A DNA stretch of 36,043 nucleotides from contig NW_013546345.1 in the NCBI RefSeq assembly GCF_000760515.2, positions 1 to 36,043 on the forward strand, written 5' to 3'. This DNA comes from Mitosporidium daphniae (taxonomy: Eukaryota). A program made the translations under genes and the position numbers. Under the pieces are notes generated by a model. The model worked only from the letters and a program-made list of their open reading frames with translations, made no database searches and was not told the origin of the DNA. Positions 32,167-36,043 of the stretch are shown piece after piece. Every line of letters starts with the position of its first letter. Position 1 is the first letter of the stretch.

Positions 32167-32804
32167 TTTGTATTATAAATGTATATTTCCGAAATCCTGG
32201 ACTTTTCTTTGAGTTCGATCTTTGTGTTTGTTTTCATTTTCCCAATTTCGATTTCTACTTTCCTGCAATCGATTTTTTTTCATGTAATCGATTTTTTCGC
32301 ATTAAAGCGTGTCTTTTGGGCGGGTCGGCTGCCACAATTCTTCCTTTTCAGGAACACACTGTGTGGTGCAGTTATGCCATCAATTGTCAGGAACTTCACA
32401 TTTTCTGTTGTGTAGAATCCGTTACATTGATGGTAGATTAAACCAGTCTTGAGAGTTGTCTTGGGGCCTGTATCTTTCCCCTTGCCATAGTATTTTGACT
32501 GACATTTTTATTCTTTAAATAAATGTGCGAGCTTTTCTATATTTCCTCAATCGATATGTCGACAAGGTAGCTGAGGTGCGCTAACGATCTTCTGGTGTTT
32601 TCCCCCAATTCTTGATGAATAGACGTTATTGTTTGAAGGCTTCCCTTGCTATCGACAATGGGGGCTTGTTGATGGATTTTTCTAATAATTCTATAGCAAT
32701 TCTCGAGAATCCTCTGGTAAGCAGAAATTAGATGCAGATGGATTTGCTGTAGCATTAGGGTTGCTTAAAAAATATCAGGAATTAAATTTTAATTTTATTA
32801 TTTA

Positions 32805-33526
32805 ATGGCAGACGAAGGCGAAAGTATCAATAGGAATGCCGAAAATGTTTGACATTGTTTCCTATCGTTCGTAGGAGCTGGAGACGATGAAAAGGAAGCT
32901 TGTTGAGATGGAAGAGGAAGCCTTGAAGCTTCGAAAGATGCAGGAGGACTCTGAAAAGCAAGACGATGGTATTTCACCTGAAAAGGAGACCACCGATGCC
33001 CGCTCCGTGTACATCGGCAACGTCGATTATGGAGCCTCTCCAGAAGAATTGCAAAAACATTTTGAGTCCTGCGGTGTTATCCAGCGAGTTACCATTCTTT
33101 GTGACAAATATTCTGGACATCCAAAGGGGTTGCGTATATTTGGTTTATTGTAGGTTTGCCTATGTTGAGTTCAAAGATGAAGAGTCCGTTGCAGCTGCTG
33201 TGGCGCTTAGCGAAAGTGTCTTGCGAGGACGGCTGATAAAGGTGCTTCCAAAGCGGACAAATGTGCCTTTTTTCCAACTTGCCCAGCAAAGAGGTGGGTA
33301 CAGAGGCTACCATCGGGGTGGATATCATCACCCCCCTCCGCCTCAACCATACTATCCACCCGCATCTTATTACTACGCACCTCGGGGCTCAAGAGGAGGA
33401 TATGCATCCGCTAGAGGAGCTAGCAGGTATCCGAGGGGAGCCTCTGGGTATCGAGGCGGGCGAAGAGGAACCTCTGGGCATTCCAGCGCAGGCTCTCTAT
33501 CTGGCGACGAATCAGGTTCCAAATAA
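32805..33526 (+). CDS. PAB2: Nuclear poly(A)-binding protein 2 (PABPN1/Pab2/Sgn1); exons 32805-32846, 32875-33128, 33154-33526
   Basis: [16 protein letters not shown] coiled coil. [25 protein letters not shown]...[19 protein letters not shown], then KRTNVP and an RGG tail. Introns of 28 and 25 nt. Confidence 0.93.
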
Positions 33527-33621
33527 ATAAGGAAGCTTTTTTGAACCTTCAATGCCTCAAAATTGTAATTAAAAGCAAATTTAATGTTCCATTGCCAGGT
33601 GATCGCGAATATTTAAATTAA

Positions 33622-35145
33622 ATGGCTGGCCTGTGGAAATTGGCGGCACCATCTTTTTTAAACGCCACCTGTTTGGTGGGCATCCAAAAAAGGCTATACT
33701 CGACAAATGTTAGTTTCGGTCGTTGCTTATGAAATAGCCACTTGTGACAAAATTGGAAGAGCTGATCCCGATTAGAAGAAGGCTTGTTGAACGCATCAAA
33801 TCCGAGCATGGAAGCAAGATCTTGGGAAATGTTAGCGTCGATATGGTTGGTATTTGTATTTGATTTTTCTGTAGGCATATAACGGAATGAGAGGCATTAA
33901 GGCATTGATATACGAGACCTCTTTGCTGGACCCCGAAGAGGTACATATTGGCATTGCTGATCGCGATGCTAGGGCATCCGATTCCGAGGACTGACAATTT
34001 CGCAATGCAGGGAATTGCTGCCAAAGGCGCAGAATGGAGGCTCTGAACCGCTTCCAGAGGTCATTTTTTGGCTTCTTCTGACAGGCGAGATCCCAACATG
34101 CACGCAAGTCGAAGCGCTTTCCGATGATTGGGCTCGTCGCGCAGCAGAAAATCCCATCCCCGACTATGTGCTAGCTGCCATTGATTCTTTTCCGCCCTCT
34201 TTGCATCCAATGAGCCAGCTGAGCTCGGCCGTATTAATGCTGCAGAACAGGAGCGAGTTTGCACGTCAATACAAAGCTGGCGACCTAAAAAGGCAAAATT
34301 ATTGGCTCCCTGTTTTCGAGGATGTTAACAACCTAATTTCTCATCTTCCTCAACTGGCATCCAGGATTTATCGAAATGTATTTAAGAAGCATTGTCCGGT
34401 GGTCCCTGCCGATCCAAAAATCATAGACTGGGCGGGTCGCTTTGCCCAATCACTTGGGATTACAGATGGAAACTTTCTTGATCTGATGAGACTGTATATA
34501 TGTATCCACACAGATCACGAGGGTGGAAATGTATCTGCACATGCCATTCATCTGGTTGGCTCCTCGCTTTCGGACCCATATTTAGCCTATTCTGCCGGGC
34601 TCAACGGACTGGCTGGGCCTTTGCATGGCCTTGCCAATCAAGAGGTGCTCGAATGGTTGATGAAGATGAAACAATGCCTTGGCGAAGGCCCTACCGACGA
34701 GCAGGTTGAGGAATATTTATGGAAGTGTTTGAAAAATGGCCAAATTGTTCCTGGATACGGCCATGCTGTGTTGCGAAAAACGGACCCTCGATATCTTTGT
34801 CAACGCGAATTTGCGCTAAAAAACATGCCCGACGATCCACTTTTCAAAATCACCAGCCAGCTCTATAAGTTGGCACCAAAAGTATTGGCCCTTCATGGAA
34901 AGACAAAAAATCCTTGGCCCAACGTGGACGCCCATTCTGGAGTATTGCTGCATCATTACGGATTATCAGAGCAAGATTTTTATACCGTTCTGTTTGGAAT
35001 TTCACGAGCACTTGGCGCGCTTTCTGGGCTGATTTGGGATAGAGCCCTTCTTTTCCCAATTGAGCGTCCCAAAAGCCTTACATCTGAAGCGATAATGCAA
35101 ATGTTTGAAGGCCCGCAAATACCCGTGTCTTCATCATGCCGATAA
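33622..35145 (+). CDS. CIT1: Mitochondrial citrate synthase; exons 33622-33708, 33738-33845, 33875-33940, 33973-35145
   Basis: Presequence [13 protein letters not shown]...KRLYS. GMRGIK...[67 protein letters not shown]. Introns of 29, 29 and 32 nt. Confidence 0.96.
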
Positions 35146-35812
35146 AGATAAAAACTTGAAGCTTTCCAGCACACTTAAACCTTAGCACCTTAATTTGAAC
35201 CCCATAAAGTGAGTCTCGTTTATTTCAGGCCTCTATCAATATGGGTGCCAGGGGCGTTGTGGCAGTGACCATAGGCTGCTAATTTGGGTGTGTTTTCCCG
35301 CAATAAACATTGACGCATGTGGTCCATTATCGGTGCGGGCGTCCTCAAATCGCAAAGCAAATTTCAAGTGGCGGCGCTATGCTGGGCTTTATCCGTCAAC
35401 TATTTTCAAAACAGTTGCACACATGGGTAGACCGACCAACCGAAAAAGCATTCGGTATTCCAGGTCAAATCCACCTGTATTTCCAATAAAAATCCATCTC
35501 AACGACCAGCATGGTATCCCAAATCGTGTTTGCCGCATTTTCAAAAAGTATCTTGCAACATTTTATCAATTTATTAACGGGCCATTAGAGGCCTCAACTC
35601 CTACGTCCATCTCGGCTACTTTTCCACAAATCCCATTGCCGATGCAGCCCGGTAAGAATTTCATTCGATAATTCAACTTCTTGCTCAATCCCCAAGCCAT
35701 TTAAACGGAACCGAATGACTGCTCCATTCACGATGTCGTCCCAGGTTAGCCGTCGATAATAGCACAGATTTACGCCAAAAAACTTTGAACAAAAAGACTG
35801 GGTCAGAGGATG

Positions 35813-36043
35813 TGAGACTTTTTTTGTATTTGATTGACACAAGTTGGGATCTGCTTCTCGAGCACTGTAAAGGTTATTGATGTGTAAAATATCGCTGGCA
35901 CAGCACGGGATAGTTCTTTGCAGAACGAAAAATATTATCTCAAAAGTGGTGAGAGAAGGACGAATATGAATTCCAATCGAATAAATTGTATCGGAGACAT
36001 AGCTGGTCAGAAAGTGGCAGCATTCGATACAAAAAAAGTCTCA
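35813..36043. repeat. 17-bp perfect inverted repeat (35813-35829 and 36027-36043), right arm reaches the window end
   Basis: tgagactttttttgtat and its reverse complement atacaaaaaaagtctca. Confidence 0.75.

Noticed and set aside
35660..35720. QLLAQSPSHLNGTE as a remnant of the Tc1 SPDLNPIE transposase motif
   Set aside because: Similarity is too weak, it is flanked by stops, and no other DDE motifs are recognisable.
1..36043. Frameshifts/pseudogenes, alternative genetic code or readthrough as the cause of the fragmented ORFs
   Set aside because: Each break in a recognisable gene is resolved by a GT-AG intron under the standard code.

Overview
Gene-dense eukaryotic DNA with about 28 protein-coding genes, one dispersed 5S rRNA gene and mostly sub-250-bp intergenic gaps. 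I placed 32 GT-AG introns by hand; 26 are only 23-34 nt, so the ORF track fragments most genes. Fungal-type genes, extreme compaction and retained mitochondrial functions (citrate synthase, COQ2, MDM35) suggest an early-diverging, mitochondriate microsporidian relative (Rozellomycota, Mitosporidium/Paramicrosporidium-like); this is inference. Housekeeping genes are SNF2/STH1, an AVT transporter, FPR3/4, TAF13, RPS22, GND1, BUR1/CDK9, Acinus-like, RRB1, CK1, COQ2, PP4R1, MDM35, SmD1, PABPN1 and CIT1. Among them lies a candidate secreted toolkit: three dispersed paralogous signal-peptide proteins sharing an 8-Cys (Opy2-like) domain, a signal-peptide-bearing divergent kinase, a bacterial-type CAP protein and a GH18 chitinase. 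Also notable are a Ki-67-like FHA+RVxF protein, C-terminal-only SGT1 and Snu66, a bromodomain-less Snf2 and an inverted repeat at the window end. All homology calls rest on motif recognition, not database searches.
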